NCBI GenBank assembly: GCA_964016885.1
Contig: OZ024743.1
Location: 31,434,001 to 31,498,000, forward strand
Direction of reading: 5' to 3'
From: Eledone cirrhosa
Lineage: Eukaryota
Length of the DNA: 64,000 nt
The notes beneath the pieces were generated by a model, which made no database searches, was not told where the DNA came from, and worked only from the letters and a program-made list of their open reading frames with translations. Positions 1 to 14,344 of this stretch are shown here, one piece after another. Position 1 is the stretch's first letter. Each line of letters opens with the position of its first letter. A program made the translations under genes and the position numbers.

Positions 1-632
1 GAAGTTGTTAAAGGTATCGGCTCTGGTCAAATATTCGTTGTTGAACTCTAGGATGGTTTTATGTGCGGTATACATATCAACATTTTCTTAACATCGCATA
101 TTATTAAACCTTAAATATTATTATTCTCAATACATATTAACATTTTCTTTTTCATCGCACATATTATCAAACCCCTCAATATACAAACCTTAACTTTACA
201 TTATTTTTCTCTTCGTTAATTTTCAAATTCTTTTAATTAATACATAATCTTCCAACGGTTTTCAACCTCTCTATGTAAAACAATATATCTTTCTCAGTTA
301 TAAAAGCTATATCTCTCTCTCTATTACCCATCTCTCCTCCTATCTCCTCCTTCCTCATTATACTCCTCCCTCTCCACTTTTTACTCTCATCTCCTCCTCT
401 TTTTCATCCCCCCCCTCTAATTAAAATATTTTTCCCAATAACACACATCAATCTAAAACTACTTTTTATATGTTGATTTAAAACTGAAATATCCACAGGT
501 GTTTTTTAACCTTCATGTCATGTCTTCCTGTTTTATCTGATGAAAACACAAATATTATTGCATGATGATATTTGTTTTTGAAATGCGGATAATAAAATAC
601 ATGAACTCTTTTCACCATCTTTTGTTCTTATA
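1..632 (+). mobile_element. PLE-type 3' UTR/pseudo-LTR fragment ending in (TA)n
   Basis: Contains an HHR at 529-599. Positions ~480-630 are a diverged copy of ~56358-56512. Confidence 0.55.
529..599 (+). ncRNA. Minimal type I hammerhead ribozyme
   Basis: TGTTTTAT-CTGATGA(537)-stem II ACAAATATTAT/ATGATATTTGT-GAAA(580)-TGCGGA-TA-ATAAAATA. Stem I pairs and stem III is near-palindromic. Confidence 0.75.
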
Positions 633-939
633 TATAACATATATAATATATATATGTATGTATATATTTACATATGTATGTTCTTCTGGTTTTATAATTT
701 CACAAATGTTTCCCAATAGAGAGAGATTCTGTTACTAAAATAGTTACAAGACATTCTCATTGGAATTTACACAACATCAACTAGGTAGATTATGTATGCA
801 TGTCTGCATGTGTAGATATGGATGTTATTGTATGTGTCGATGCGGATGTTTTGAGTTGTATGTGTGCATGTGTATATCCTTTGTATCTGTACATGTGTAT
901 ATGCAGTTTTTAGATGCAACATTTTTGAAATGTTTTACA

Positions 940-1729
940 TATTTTTACTGGATTGTACTTGTAATTTCTTGACTAGTTGTGTTCTTTCTGTTCCTGTGAA
1001 GTCTAGCCTCTCAAGATTTGTATTGAGGCAGTTACTAACATACCCCAGTGCCCCAATAATCACAGGCATAAATCTGAAGGTGTAATCAGGGTGGAGTATC
1101 TGCAGATTTCTCGTCAGTTCTGCATAAATATTCTCCTTTTCACTAATCTTTGATATTATATTGGCATCTGCTGGGCAGTTAATTTACACTACTGTGCATG
1201 TTTTATTCTCCCTGTCCCATATCATAATATCTGGTCTGTTAGGCCTGCATTTTATTGGGGTTTTTACTGGAACATTCCACCAGTACTCTTTCATATTATG
1301 TACATGGATGTCTTCCATATTGTTGTAGCTTTTAATGTGTTTATTACCGGGGCTATCTTTTTTATGAACTGCATTGTACAGTGTTTTGGCCACTACATCA
1401 TGCCTCATAGGTAGATAGTACCGACACGACATCTTTGGACAGCTGCTGATGACATAGGTGATATCCGCGATGTTAGTTCTGCACAGTCTGCACTTGTTAT
1501 CACATCTAGGTGTTTTGCCTGCATCCCTATCTCTTTTGTGAATCAGGTATTTCGTGTATATCTCCTGTTCTTGGATTGCAAAAGCGTATCCAACAAAGTG
1601 GGAGCCAATATAACAGTTGGTGGTCCATGATAGACTACTTTCCTTATCTATATTACTCACACTCTCGGGCTTTCTGGCAACATATCCATGCATGATTTTT
1701 TGATGAAAAGCATGCAGTTTTTCATCCAT
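940..1729 (-). pseudogene. Zinc knuckle + restriction-like endonuclease of the R4/Dong-like LINE
   Basis: ORF 1184-1729 (CRLC, RHD, NRPDI), then FMPVIIGALGYV downstream after a stop. Confidence 0.85.
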
Positions 1730-2015
1730 AGATTCACTGCGATACTGCTGAGCGACTTCCCTGGATGTGAGTTTTGACTATCACGCAGGGCATATCTCTC
1801 GAGGAATTCCTTGCTAACTCTCATCATCTTATCTGTTTCATGCAGATAGAGTTGCTCGAGAAACGGGCTCCTACGATTTGAGGTTCATAGATGTCGGAGA
1901 GATATGATGCGACATTCAAATGTTGTCTGGACTGATGTTAGGCCTCTGCCTCCCTGCTTACCTTTCAAGTAAAGGCGGTCTATGTCACTGTTGATGTGGA
2001 AGTTTCCGGTGTTGT

Positions 2016-3283
2016 TTAGTATTTTCGAGTTCCAACATCAACTGCTCGGATTTCGTCTATCGTCCAATTGAGTATTCCAAACGTTGGTGTTAGGACAGGC
2101 ACAGCAAACACATTGTGAGTCACCGTTTTGTTTTGCGCAGAGAGTTCCGATGACCAGATCTTTCTTAATCGGGTGTAGTATTCCCTGGTTACGCGTTCTT
2201 TATTACAGATACCATTATAGGATATGTTCTCATCTATCCCCAGGTATCTGTAGCAGTCCTCATCAGATATTGGTGAAATAGTTAGGCCATTGATGACAAT
2301 GTTGCTAGATTTTTTTACCCGCTTTACAGTCATGTATGAACATTTATCTTGGCCAAACTACATTCCTATATCCTTTGGGAACGTTGTAACCAGGTCAATA
2401 TTGTTCTTCATACCATCCATGTCCTGGGCATAGAGTTTCAGATCGTCCACAAAGATAATATGGGTTAGGTTAGTATTTCTGTTCTCCTGTGAACCAATGA
2501 TGTATCTCTCACATTTCTTGAGCAGAAAGGACAAGGGGTTTAATGACAAGATGAATAATATCACAGAGAGACTGTCCCCCTGAAGTATACCCCTGCAATA
2601 TTTTATTTTATCAGTGAAAATAGTGTCCTCCCTCTCTATATTTAACCTTAGGATAGTAGCCCAAGAAGAAGACAGTCTCTCTATGGCTCTGACAATAATA
2701 TCTGGGACCTTAGCAAGTTGGAGGGCCTCTATCATCCAAGAGTGGGGAACAGAATCGAAAGCTTTCCTGTAGTCCAGCCAGACTGTAGCCATATTCCTCC
2801 TAAGTTGTCGCACGTCCGACATCGCAGTTTTGTTGATTAGGAGTTGTTCAGCACATCCCCTAACCCCTTTCTTTCCAGCTACATCAGGTTCTGGCATGCA
2901 ATGGGTCGGTAGTTTTTTGCCAAGTGGGTGTCTTTGTTCTTGGGGACCAGTAATGTTTGTGCTAATGTCAAACATTCTGGTATAAGTGTATCTCCCTTAA
3001 GAACTTGTTGGTAGAGGTCAGTAAGATACCTCCGATAGAATATCAGTTTTTTGTACCAGTAGCCTACAATCATGTCTCTCACTGGTATTTTCTTTTCTTG
3101 GAATTTTACTATCACAAACTCAAGTGTACCCTCACTTATTTGGTATGTTTTTGTTGTAGTGTTGGAGCAATAGTTCTTTCGGATTTCTCTTATCCACACT
3201 GCATCTTGGTTGAAATTCTTCTTTTCATCCCATATGTTGCTCCAACAGGAATCTGTCTTTCTGGGATGGGGCCTCAGTGACAC
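2016..3283 (-). pseudogene. Reverse transcriptase domain of the R4/Dong-like LINE (frameshifted)
   Basis: ORFs 2879-3283, 2358-2975 and 2016-2333 carry consecutive RT motifs. Confidence 0.9.
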
Positions 3284-3945
3284 TTATTATTTTGTTCTTC
3301 ATATCTCTATAGACTGATGTTTAGTTTCGTCTGAATCTTTTATTAAGCACTTTTCTCTCATCTACCTTCTTCAGGTATCGGCGTTTTTCGCTAACAGCTC
3401 TCAATTCTTGTTTGATGGTGATCAGCTTATATTGAAGAGTTCTGGTTCTACTGTTACCAAACATCGTCTCTATTTTATTTTTCACTCTTTGTTAGTGAGG
3501 AGTGAGGTTTATTTTGTTTGTTTGCATGTAAGGAGAATTGTTACATACCCTATGGTTTTTCGTAGGTCAGCAATCTTTTTTTTCTATTTTAGTTATATAT
3601 GATGGTATTTTTAGTGGTGTTTTGTTCTTGTTAATATCTCTGCTATCACCCAATATAATGTCTTACTGTCATTGCTAAGGCATATAAACAGGCATTGATT
3701 TGCCAAAATGTTGGGGTTTTTATCCGTCGTAAATATTCATGCCTTATTTCGTTAATAACACGTAATATTTCAAACGTTCAGTAAAAGAGATATTTATACA
3801 TGAATTAATTTCTCTCTGAGATTTCGTTGAGGGAAATTTTCAATTGTTTATACTTTTGATTATTATCATTGTCGATAGTATTTTCCACAACAGTCGAGGT
3901 AGATTCGGATGGTACACATGGTGTCAAATTTCTTCGATCATTATT

Positions 3946-4126
3946 ATTGGCAGTATCGGTAGAGGGTCAGACACAATACTTTCCAGCATAGTTACGTCTC
4001 TTTACGATCTGAGTTCAAATCCCGCCGATGTTGACTTTGCCTTTCATCCTTACGGGGTCGATAAAATAAAGTACCAGTAATGCACTGGGGTAATTGATGG
4101 CCTTGTGCCAAAAGTAGAAACAATTA
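3946..4126 (+). mobile_element. tRNA-type SINE (octopus-like family), nested in the LINE
   Basis: A-box-like TGGCAGTATCGG; B-box-like GAGTTCAAATCC; core GCCTTTCATCCTTACGGGGTCGATAAAATAAAGTACCAG; tail GGCCTTGTGCCAAAAGTAGAAAC. Repeated many times in the window. Confidence 0.85.
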
Positions 4127-4888
4127 TTATTATCGATAGTGTTTCCCCAGCATTCGTGGTAGACTTACATGGTACAGGTGGTGTCAAGTTTCTTACAGTC
4201 ATAATGGTTTTCAAGGCGCTGTTCGACCTGGCTGCTAGGACGTCTAGTAGCATGGCGACCTGTAACACGTGTTGTTGATAACATGCGTGTTGTGGAGAAC
4301 ATTTAATAATATTTATCTTATTTTTACGTTCAACAAACGTCGCTTGTTGGTGTAATTGTTTCGCTGTTAAATAATTTAGCTCTGGGTGCATTTCGTCCCA
4401 GTGTAGCTTCATTCTATTCATATAGCCAATGGAGGGATTGTTTTTTGCCATTTTATAACAATTAAATAAATCATTATTAAGTTCGCAACTCCAAGAGAAA
4501 TGCGATAATTTCGGTTTCTTCTGTAGCAACAACTGAATAAAGTTTGTTACCTTTCTTGTTTGTTGTCTTCGGTACTTCCTTAATTTTGTTTTTGATGTTG
4601 TGTTCAGCCATGCTGTTTGTAGCAAATCCTTGTAAAATGAATTATGTATTTAGTCGGATATCTCCACGAATTCGAATAAAAAGTGTCTTCAGAAGATATA
4701 ATTAGAAGAATAACCAGTTATTCAACATGACTGTAGTTGTGGCATTACTGTCGGAGATAGTATTCATCTTAAATTTAATAAATAGTCTCCCACGCCAACA
4801 TATGCGACCGATCGCGTTGACTGTATAGTAAGTATGTATGTATGTATGTATGTGTGTAGCTATGTACGTATATATGTATGAGTGCGTC

Positions 4889-4961
<73 letters not shown>

Positions 4962-5847
4962 GCTCGTAAGTGCGCGTAAGTGTTTATCAATCTCAAAATC
5001 AGAATGTGTTTTTATATTGATAGGTGGTTACGTATATACACACACATATATACCTACACTCGCATACGTATATAAAGACACACTTTCTCTCTTTCTCTCC
5101 CCCTCTATCTCTCTATATATATATATTTATATATATATATATGTGTGTGTATATATACATAGCTTCTATTAACGGTTATAAATCTATGTATCCATGTGTC
5201 TATATATTTATGTGTGTGTTTGTAAACATAAAGAGTTAAAAGCAAAAAAAGGAGAAGGAGAGTCAGGGCGTGAGGGAGAGATGTGATAATAGCTTTTAAC
5301 GATGGCTAAAGTAAGAAAGCAGCATCAACGAACAATATATTTTTTATAGTCACAGTTGTTAAGTGGTTGTACGAGACTGCAATACATTCCGTCAATTTCC
5401 TATATTATGAATATCGGTTGAACACCATTTCATTATCTAAACACGCAATAAGACCCCTCCAATGATTCATTCGACGATTTCGTGTATTTTCAACATGTTT
5501 GCCTTTTTAGCATTATTTTTATAATCATACGCTCTCCTTTGTTACAAACTGTAAATGCGATTTTTTTATTTTTTTTTTTAATAGTTGCAAACTCTTGAGA
5601 TATCTATACAAACAATGAATATCAGGTAACAATATAAATATCTTCAGGTATAAAGTGACATGAATAAGGTTGCACTTACAATAAATATTCATATATTATA
5701 CGTGTGTATGTGCATCATACGCGTGTATGTGTAGTTCGAATCGTATACTTAATTTAACAGCTGTAACATGTCAGAAATTCTGATATAAGCATCCTTCTGA
5801 ATACACAAGGAGGTAAACACTCGCGTGCGCACATACACGCATGTATA

Positions 5848-5914
5848 AAATATACATATATATATATATATTATATATATGTATATATATATTATATTAT
5901 ATATATATATTCTA

Positions 5915-5988
<74 letters not shown>

Positions 5989-6222
5989 AGTGTATGTGTG
6001 TGTGAGGGTGTGTGGGCGTGTGCGTGTATGTATATGTGTATGTATATATATATATACATATATATGTATATATATATATGTATATATATATTGTATATAT
6101 GTATATATATATATGTATATATATATTGTATACATGTATATATATATATGTATATATGTATATATATATATGTATATATGTATATATATATGTATATATA
6201 TTATATATAAAAATGTATATAT
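5848..6222. repeat. (TA)n/(TG)n microsatellite
   Basis: Seen directly. Confidence 0.95.
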
Positions 6223-7680
6223 AGTTCGGATCTAGCTGTTGTAACGGCCGGAGCTCACCGTTGGGGTCCCGAATTTTTCATACATATATATATTTGTTGC
6301 TATTCAGTAATCCTATTGCAAAAGCAATGCAGGTGGGACAAAACGGTGACATAACTTACTACAGAATTAGAAACCACAGCGCCGTCACCAGCAAACCACA
6401 CCGTCCCATTATAAATAAAATAGACCATATTATTTCGTGCATACTTAATTAACAATACGTGGATATACTTGAAACGTTTGAGAAATAATTTTAAACATAT
6501 CGATTTCACCGACATCGTAGGACCTTCTTCCTGTAAGGAGAACAGATAACCGCTTGAAAAGAATGGAATTATATTCCTAGACAATCCATTATTCTACCGA
6601 CACATAATACTCTGTTTTCTATACGTTATTACATCACCTTATACTCGTATGCATTTTTTTCATGAGAAATATACAAATACATTTCAAATATGTTTATCTC
6701 AAGCACACGTTATATAAAATATTTTCCCCATCGTTAGAATATTACTGAAAATATATTTGTGCTTTATATTTTCACGCTGTCCTGCATATATTAGAAAGGA
6801 ATATTAATCTAAGCCAATTAATAGAAAAATGTTCCATTCGTTTCGATTTAATGCTGCCTAATAATGATTGAATAACATATGGATATAAAGGAATTTTATT
6901 CATATTGTTTATTTATTTCATACTTACATATTCTGCTAACTGTGTCATAGCTGTCATCTTCACACCTATTTTCCCACATTAAATCATGATCATCAGCTGT
7001 GCCTGCTCTCAACACCATAACCGCCTAAGCAACTACCCCACCAGTAAACAATCCTATGCTCATCATATATTTATGCACATATGTATCCAAACACATACAT
7101 GCACATGAACACGTGTGCTCTAAGATGCATATGTACGAATACACACAGCCTCCATAGAAAAATATATGCATTCTCACAAAATTAAGTCGACATCATTTAT
7201 ACATTTTTACATGATGCAAGTAATTGCAACAACATTCATAAGTTTTCGTTTGATATTGTAAACATAATATTTGTTCCCATGCAGTTAAAATAAGTCTACA
7301 ATGATTGCAACAAAAATAAAAATAAAACATAGATGTTGTTTGTGAACAGGACTCAAATATAGAAAGGGGAATATAATCATTTGATTTTATGGACACAGGA
7401 GTCACGTTCTGGATGAGATACTCGATTTGGATGAGTGTCTTTTTCTGTAAATTTTGGTTGTGCCAGTCTATATATTTTAGGAGAAAAGATATATATATTA
7501 GAAAGCAAACAACAATGGCAGTAACCTCCAGAATACAGACGATTGTTCACAATTTCAGATATAAAATAAATTAAAGACTAATATATAACTCAAATACATT
7601 CAGGATAATATCAATATATATCTCCTCAGACAAAGCCGTTGCGATTATTCAGTATGAAACTATGATTATTCTTAATAAAA

Positions 7681-7870
7681 GGGCAATGGATTGACAGTGT
7701 CTGTAGCGCCTTGGTCATTATGCTTTACGGCATAAGGTTACGGCCATTTGAATTCTGAGTTCCAAATTCCCCGGAAATCGATTTGTTTCTCATCCTCACG
7801 GCATCAATAAAATAAAGCACCGGTAACGCACTGCGGTTGAATTAATCGACTTTCCCCTCCTACAAAATTG
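7681..7870 (+). mobile_element. Diverged SINE copy
   Basis: TTCTGAGTTCCAAATTCC...CATCCTCACGGCATCAATAAAATAAAGCACCGGTAACGCACTG matches the SINE consensus seen elsewhere. Confidence 0.7.
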
Positions 7871-8728
7871 TTAGTATTCTGAATAATTCAGAAAACATAA
7901 AAACAAAGATTTTGTTGATATAGTTATTTCCGTATGAATGGTCGACAACCTTTCAAATGAAAAATTAGAAAGAGTGAAAAAAAACAAATTTATCAAAGGC
8001 ATAGTCATGTTATATTTACAGACATTGTTCAGAATGTGTGGAATTTTACTTGATACAACTAGGATAATATTAAACAATAACTGGCTTCAGCTTGGCCAGT
8101 GTACACCTAGTTGCATTCTGCACAACATTTTAATCATTTGCTGGTGTTATGAAGATCATTAGTATACTGTTTTCATTTTTAGTTGTGGAAATGATGCCAG
8201 TTTTAGTCTGCGCTATTTCAGGGTATATATGTACTCTAACGTTAAATAGCATTTTTGCATTATGATGTTGTGAGGCAATGTTTGAGTAAAAACAGCAAAT
8301 TGTTGTTAATTATTTGGATAATCCTTCTAGTCCATCTACCTTCTCTCTTTAGTTGTGTTACTCGTTATCATCCATATGCAGCATACAGTTTGTTCTTGTA
8401 AAAGGAAACATTCATTGACCACCGAAGCATTTCTAAAAGATTTCTATAGCGTTTAGAATATTAATTAAAATTGCTAGGGAAAAAACAATGCATGTCTTGT
8501 AACAGGGAATCTTGTAAGAGGCTCTAAATGGATTTAGTTTATTAAAGTCCAATAATTTCTTTGTATCTGCAGAATTTCCATTTAGTAATGATAATTCTAA
8601 CCCGTCATAGCCTTAACATTCCGAATACGCAAGAGTGGTTAGACAATCCAGGAGCTATCTAGTATATGCAGTAGATATTTGTTAGATTTTCGCCTTCTGC
8701 AATCTTTGGTCATGGAGTCTGAAGTAAT

Positions 8729-8796
<68 letters not shown>

Positions 8797-8801
<5 letters not shown>

Positions 8802-9016
8802 GGTATTTACTGTAAGTTGTGGGGTCTATTCTGTATGGAGAACTCGATGTAATCCATAGGTTAAGATAAATCTCAGGAAACAATAAAACATTAAAAGGAA
8901 ACCAGAGTCATGATATAAGTTAAAACAATGAAATAAAAAATCAAGTCATTAGAGATATACTTCCCTGCAGTGAAGTATATCTCTAATAACTTGATTTTTT
9001 TATTTCATTGTTTTAA

Positions 9017-9023
<7 letters not shown>
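8797..9023. mobile_element. Small TA-flanked element containing a ~110-bp palindrome
   Basis: Palindrome 8913-9023 centred on CTGCAG. Both ends are shared with 52478-52624. Confidence 0.6.
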
Positions 9024-9060
<37 letters not shown>

Positions 9061-9152
9061 CATGTGTCAACATGAATGGACCTTTTATTTTTATCTAAAT
9101 ACATGCTTTCCAATTCCAGCCCATCCGTCTCCTCAATTTATCGTATTTCTCA

Positions 9153-9194
9153 TTCTTTCCTCTGATGAAGAACTAGCGTCCGAAACGGTAAGAA
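9153..9194 (+). ncRNA. Minimal hammerhead-like motif
   Basis: CTGATGA(9162)-AGAAC-TAGC-GTCC-GAAA(9182)-CGG-TA-AGAA. Stems are imperfect. Confidence 0.5.
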
Positions 9195-9285
9195 CCTCTT
9201 CCTGCTATATCAAGCGTTAACCTAATATATCCCTTCCATATACTGTGACGATTATGTTGTTATTTCTGTTTACCTTTTACATACA

Positions 9286-9845
<560 letters not shown>

Positions 9846-10206
9846 TATAACGAAGGAAATTTCGTAATGAACCAGGTGGACCATAACACACCAAAGTACT
9901 CAATACTTAGGGTAGTAGAGTGGGTAATAGGAACCAGTAAGTACTAGTTTACTTTTCTGCACTGGGTGGTTGCTGGCCTTGTGCCCGGGTTAGAAAACTT
10001 TATTAATTATTTCGTGGTAGTTTCTTTAGTATTTTGCCAATCCTTGTGACAATCACTTTGACCATATATGGAATTACCCCTTGAGAAGATCGGCTATTTA
10101 AATACCAGGTTAAATTTTCATTTAGTCAAGAATTAGCCTCGAAACGGCTTGAGCTCAGCCGTCTATTCTATGAGGAAAAATAGTAAGGGGTCTTACTGGT
10201 TCCTAT
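9846..10206. mobile_element. Fold-back element family A, copy 1, with a variant HHR
   Basis: Shared arm TATAACGAAGG..GGACCATAAC..AGTACTCAATACTTAGGGTAGTAGAGTGGG; inverted repeat 9927-9941/10192-10206; CTTGAGAAGA..GGCTA/TAGCC-TC-GAAACGG. Confidence 0.65.
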
Positions 10207-11177
<971 letters not shown>

Positions 11178-12146
11178 TACAAGATTATCTATCAAGCAGA
11201 AATAGAGAGCAGATTTCAATATACTAATAAAAATATAAAAATATATATCAGAAACAAAACTAAAAAAATATTACGAAAGAATATTACATATTAAAAATAT
11301 TACATATTAAAAATATTACGTATTAACAAATATTACGTATTAAAAACTTACATATAAAAGATATTAAAAATAAAAATAAAAAATAAAAAATATTATAAAA
11401 TACTACAATAATAAAAAATAAAAAATAAAAATAAAAATAAACCACAAAGATCAACCCTTCAAAGTTAATTGACAATATATTGCCAAGTTCATTACAAGAC
11501 AAAGCCAAAAATTATCTATCAAATCACATCTAGCAAAGATCATTTCAAAAAGTTTATGATGTCCAATTTGGTCTACATATGCTCTTATATTTAATATAGA
11601 AGTTTATCTAGTGTAAGGTTTATTCAAAATATTTGGAGCATCAGCTTTTAGGGTAGCTTAATTTTTCATGAGGAATGTTTAAATAAAAATAAAATAAAAA
11701 TAGACAATAAAAAATAAAAAAAGAATAAAAAGAAGGAATCAAAAATTTAGGAATCAAAAATTTATCGGCTAGTTTCCCATATAAATATAAATCAAACTAA
11801 ATATACTACATTTTAAATTTAAATTTATATTTAAACGTTGAGTTTAATCTATGTTTGCAACAACTGAATACATTTGTCCGTAGATTAAGGGAATTTTTAG
11901 ATTTTAGTATAAAGAATATCTCCTCTGCGCAGAGGTCACATGTCTCAGAGGATGAATTAAAAGGAATCCCTCTTGAGACTATATTCCAAGCCGTCGAATA
12001 TCTAACGTTATCTAGCTTAAGTTGCCAGAGTACGCCTGATAGTGCCGTTGAAGATTTTTTACTTGGATCTGTGAAAGAATTCTTGTGGTTATTATAGCGA
12101 AGTTTAAATTCCGTCGATGTGGAACCGACGTAGTTAAAAGAATTAG
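11178..12146 (-). repeat. Inverted copy of 14067-15036
   Basis: Reverse complement with few mismatches; ORF-track 11855+ matches 14116- and 11323- matches 14706+. Confidence 0.95.
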
Positions 12147-12185
12147 CTCCAATACTGTTGAGCGCTTTATATTATAACTGGAAAA

Positions 12186-13772
12186 ATGGAATTCTTTAAG
12201 ATTACTTCCTCTCTAAAAGACATACCTCTACCTAGAAACAAAGACTTTATAAAACAATTAATAGATAAATCTGACTCTTTTATAAGGAGAATCAGGTGGC
12301 GTGCATTCCACTTTGATAAATCTAATGCAGACGAAAATGTCTCTGACTTAAACAAAGTTTTCAAATCTAAAAGAAATCCACCCCCTAACAAACTTTTATC
12401 TGACTTTGAAAACGATATAATTTCTATCATACAAGGGGTCAAATTCAAGAGAAACTTCAAAGGCCAGGAATATCTGAAAGGCATTAAGGATAACATTGAG
12501 AGCTTAGAGAAAACTGAGATCTTGGTGAAATCTGACAAGACCAACAACCTCTATGGAGTGCGGAAAGACATGTATAATGGCCTCATACTAAAAGAGCTGA
12601 GGAAAAAGTACAAGGTAGCAGATAAGGCCGAACTTGAGAAAATGAATGTCGAAGCATCTTGTATAATGCACGAGTTGGAAATTGAGAACAGAACACAACC
12701 TTTCGTGCCCAGGAAACCGAAGATCAATATGAAGGATCACAAGAGGAATTTTGAAAATGACCTGCCAGTTAGATTGATCGCACCTTCAAAATCGGACCTG
12801 GGCAAATTAAGCAAAAACATTCTTGACAGGGTGATACAGCAAATTAAGAACTTGGATTGTGTATCTAACCTGAGCTTGTGGAAGGGAACTGGAGAGGTTG
12901 TTGAGTGGTTTAGGCAAATTAAATATAACAATAATAATAGGTTTATTCAACTTGATATAGCTAACTATTATTCTTCTATTACCCCTAGTCTACTAAATAA
13001 GGCACTAAATTACGCATTCAAACATACTGACCTAACTAGCAAAGAAATGCATATTATATTATCGCCTAGGAAAACTTTGATAGAATTTAATGACAAATTA
13101 TGGACCAGAGCAGATAGAGATAGCAATTTTGACATAACTATGGGATCTTCCGACTCAGCTCAGGTAACTGACCTTGTGGGCTTATTTTTAATCAATTCGC
13201 TACATAGGAAAATACCTGGTACTACCGGAGGTTTATATAGGGATGACATGCTTTTACTTATTAATAATAATAACCCTGAACTAAATAGAAAATGTAAACA
13301 AATTACAAAATTTTTTAATTACTTTAACCTTAAAATAGAAATTGAGAACAACCATAGAATAGTCAATTTCCTAGATATAACATTAAATCTCAACACATGT
13401 CTCCACTATCCTTTTCACAAGTTAAATGAAAACTTAAACTATGTCAACTTTAACTCTAACCACCCCAGATCTGTCAAAAACACTATAGTAAACTCAGTTC
13501 AAAAACGTATCTCTAGGATCTCGTCGAATAGAAAGATTTTCGACGAAAAGGCCCAATACTATAATGAAGCATTAGCTAGGGCAGGATATGCTGATAAGAT
13601 TGTGTACATAGATAATGATAGACAAACTAAACAAAGTAACAACTTTTTTAATTACGGCAACAACATTAACAACTATAATAGAAAGCATTACAATAATCCC
13701 AAAGGCCAAAAAAGAAATAGAACTAGGAACATAATTTGGTTTGCCCCCCCCCCCCCCCCCCTTTCTCACTAA
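12186..13772 (+). CDS. PLE reverse transcriptase (N-terminal part of the RT-GIY-YIG protein)
   Basis: 528 aa: RWRAFHF, VKSDKTNN, MKDHK, VRLIAPSKSDLGKLSK, QLDIANYYSSI, FDITMGSSDSAQVTDLVG, GLYRDD, VNFLDITL, SNHP. Frameshift in the C18 run at 13744-13761. Confidence 0.92.
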   Translation: MEFFKITSSLKDIPLPRNKDFIKQLIDKSDSFIRRIRWRAFHFDKSNADENVSDLNKVFKSKRNPPPNKLLSDFENDIISIIQGVKFKRNFKGQEYLKGIKDNIESLEKTEILVKSDKTNNLYGVRKDMYNGLILKELRKKYKVADKAELEKMNVEASCIMHELEIENRTQPFVPRKPKINMKDHKRNFENDLPVRLIAPSKSDLGKLSKNILDRVIQQIKNLDCVSNLSLWKGTGEVVEWFRQIKYNNNNRFIQLDIANYYSSITPSLLNKALNYAFKHTDLTSKEMHIILSPRKTLIEFNDKLWTRADRDSNFDITMGSSDSAQVTDLVGLFLINSLHRKIPGTTGGLYRDDMLLLINNNNPELNRKCKQITKFFNYFNLKIEIENNHRIVNFLDITLNLNTCLHYPFHKLNENLNYVNFNSNHPRSVKNTIVNSVQKRISRISSNRKIFDEKAQYYNEALARAGYADKIVYIDNDRQTKQSNNFFNYGNNINNYNRKHYNNPKGQKRNRTRNIIWFAPPPPPLSH

Positions 13773-14344
13773 ACATTAACACCCACATCGCTAAATTATT
13801 TTTCAAAGCTCTTGATAATCGCTTCCCTAGAACACATAGGTATCACTCAATTTTCAATAGGCATACAATTAAACTAACCTACTCATCCACCAAAAATTTA
13901 GCACAAAATATTAATAGAATAAATAATAGGAACTTAAAACCTAGTGATAATAGCATAAATAATATACAAGTTAACAAATGTAACTGTAGAGATAGATCTA
14001 AATGTCCGTTAAATAACAACTGCTTAGTTAAAAATATAGTATACAATTGTAATGTTAATACTGACTCTAATTCTTTTAACTACGTCGGTTCCACATCGAC
14101 GGAATTTAAACTTCGCTATAATAACCACAAGAATTCTTTCACAGATCCAAGTAAAAAATCTTCAACGGCACTATCAGGCGTACTCTGGCAACTTAAGCTA
14201 GATAACGTTAGATATTCGACGGCTTGGAATATAGTCTCAAGAGGGATTCCTTTTAATTCATCCTCTGAGACATGTGACCTCTGCGCAGAGGAGATATTCT
14301 TGATACTAAAATCTAAAAATTCCCTTAATCTACGGACAAATTGA
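13736..14344 (+). CDS. PLE GIY-YIG endonuclease (frameshifted continuation)
   Basis: PPFSLN; CNC-x5-CPL-x3-C; IVY..YVG; FKLRYNNH; TALS..W; CDLCAEE; LN. Homology continues past TGA at 14342 (FSCCKH) to about 14407. Confidence 0.9.
   Translation: MVCPPPPPPFSLNINTHIAKLFFKALDNRFPRTHRYHSIFNRHTIKLTYSSTKNLAQNINRINNRNLKPSDNSINNIQVNKCNCRDRSKCPLNNNCLVKNIVYNCNVNTDSNSFNYVGSTSTEFKLRYNNHKNSFTDPSKKSSTALSGVLWQLKLDNVRYSTAWNIVSRGIPFNSSSETCDLCAEEIFLILKSKNSLNLRTN

Larger units (their letters stand above)
680..4640 (-). mobile_element. Decayed RLE-type non-LTR retrotransposon (R4/Dong clade)
   Basis: Collinear minus-strand fragments: N-terminal domain WSCELNNDLFNCY..GYMNRMKLHW; RT motifs NYRPIAC, WLDYRKAFDSVPH, GILQGDSLS, FVDD, YRYLG; zinc knuckle CRLC..SSC..RHD; RLE nuclease NRPDIMIWD; C-terminal IIGALG. 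Many frameshifts and stops. Confidence 0.9.

Noticed and set aside
14342-14344. In-frame TGA as selenocysteine (some Naiad PLEs encode selenoproteins)
   Set aside because: It aligns to a hydrophobic position rather than Cys, and the inverted copy reads GTA. The nuclease Cys codons I checked in these PLEs are TGT/TGC.
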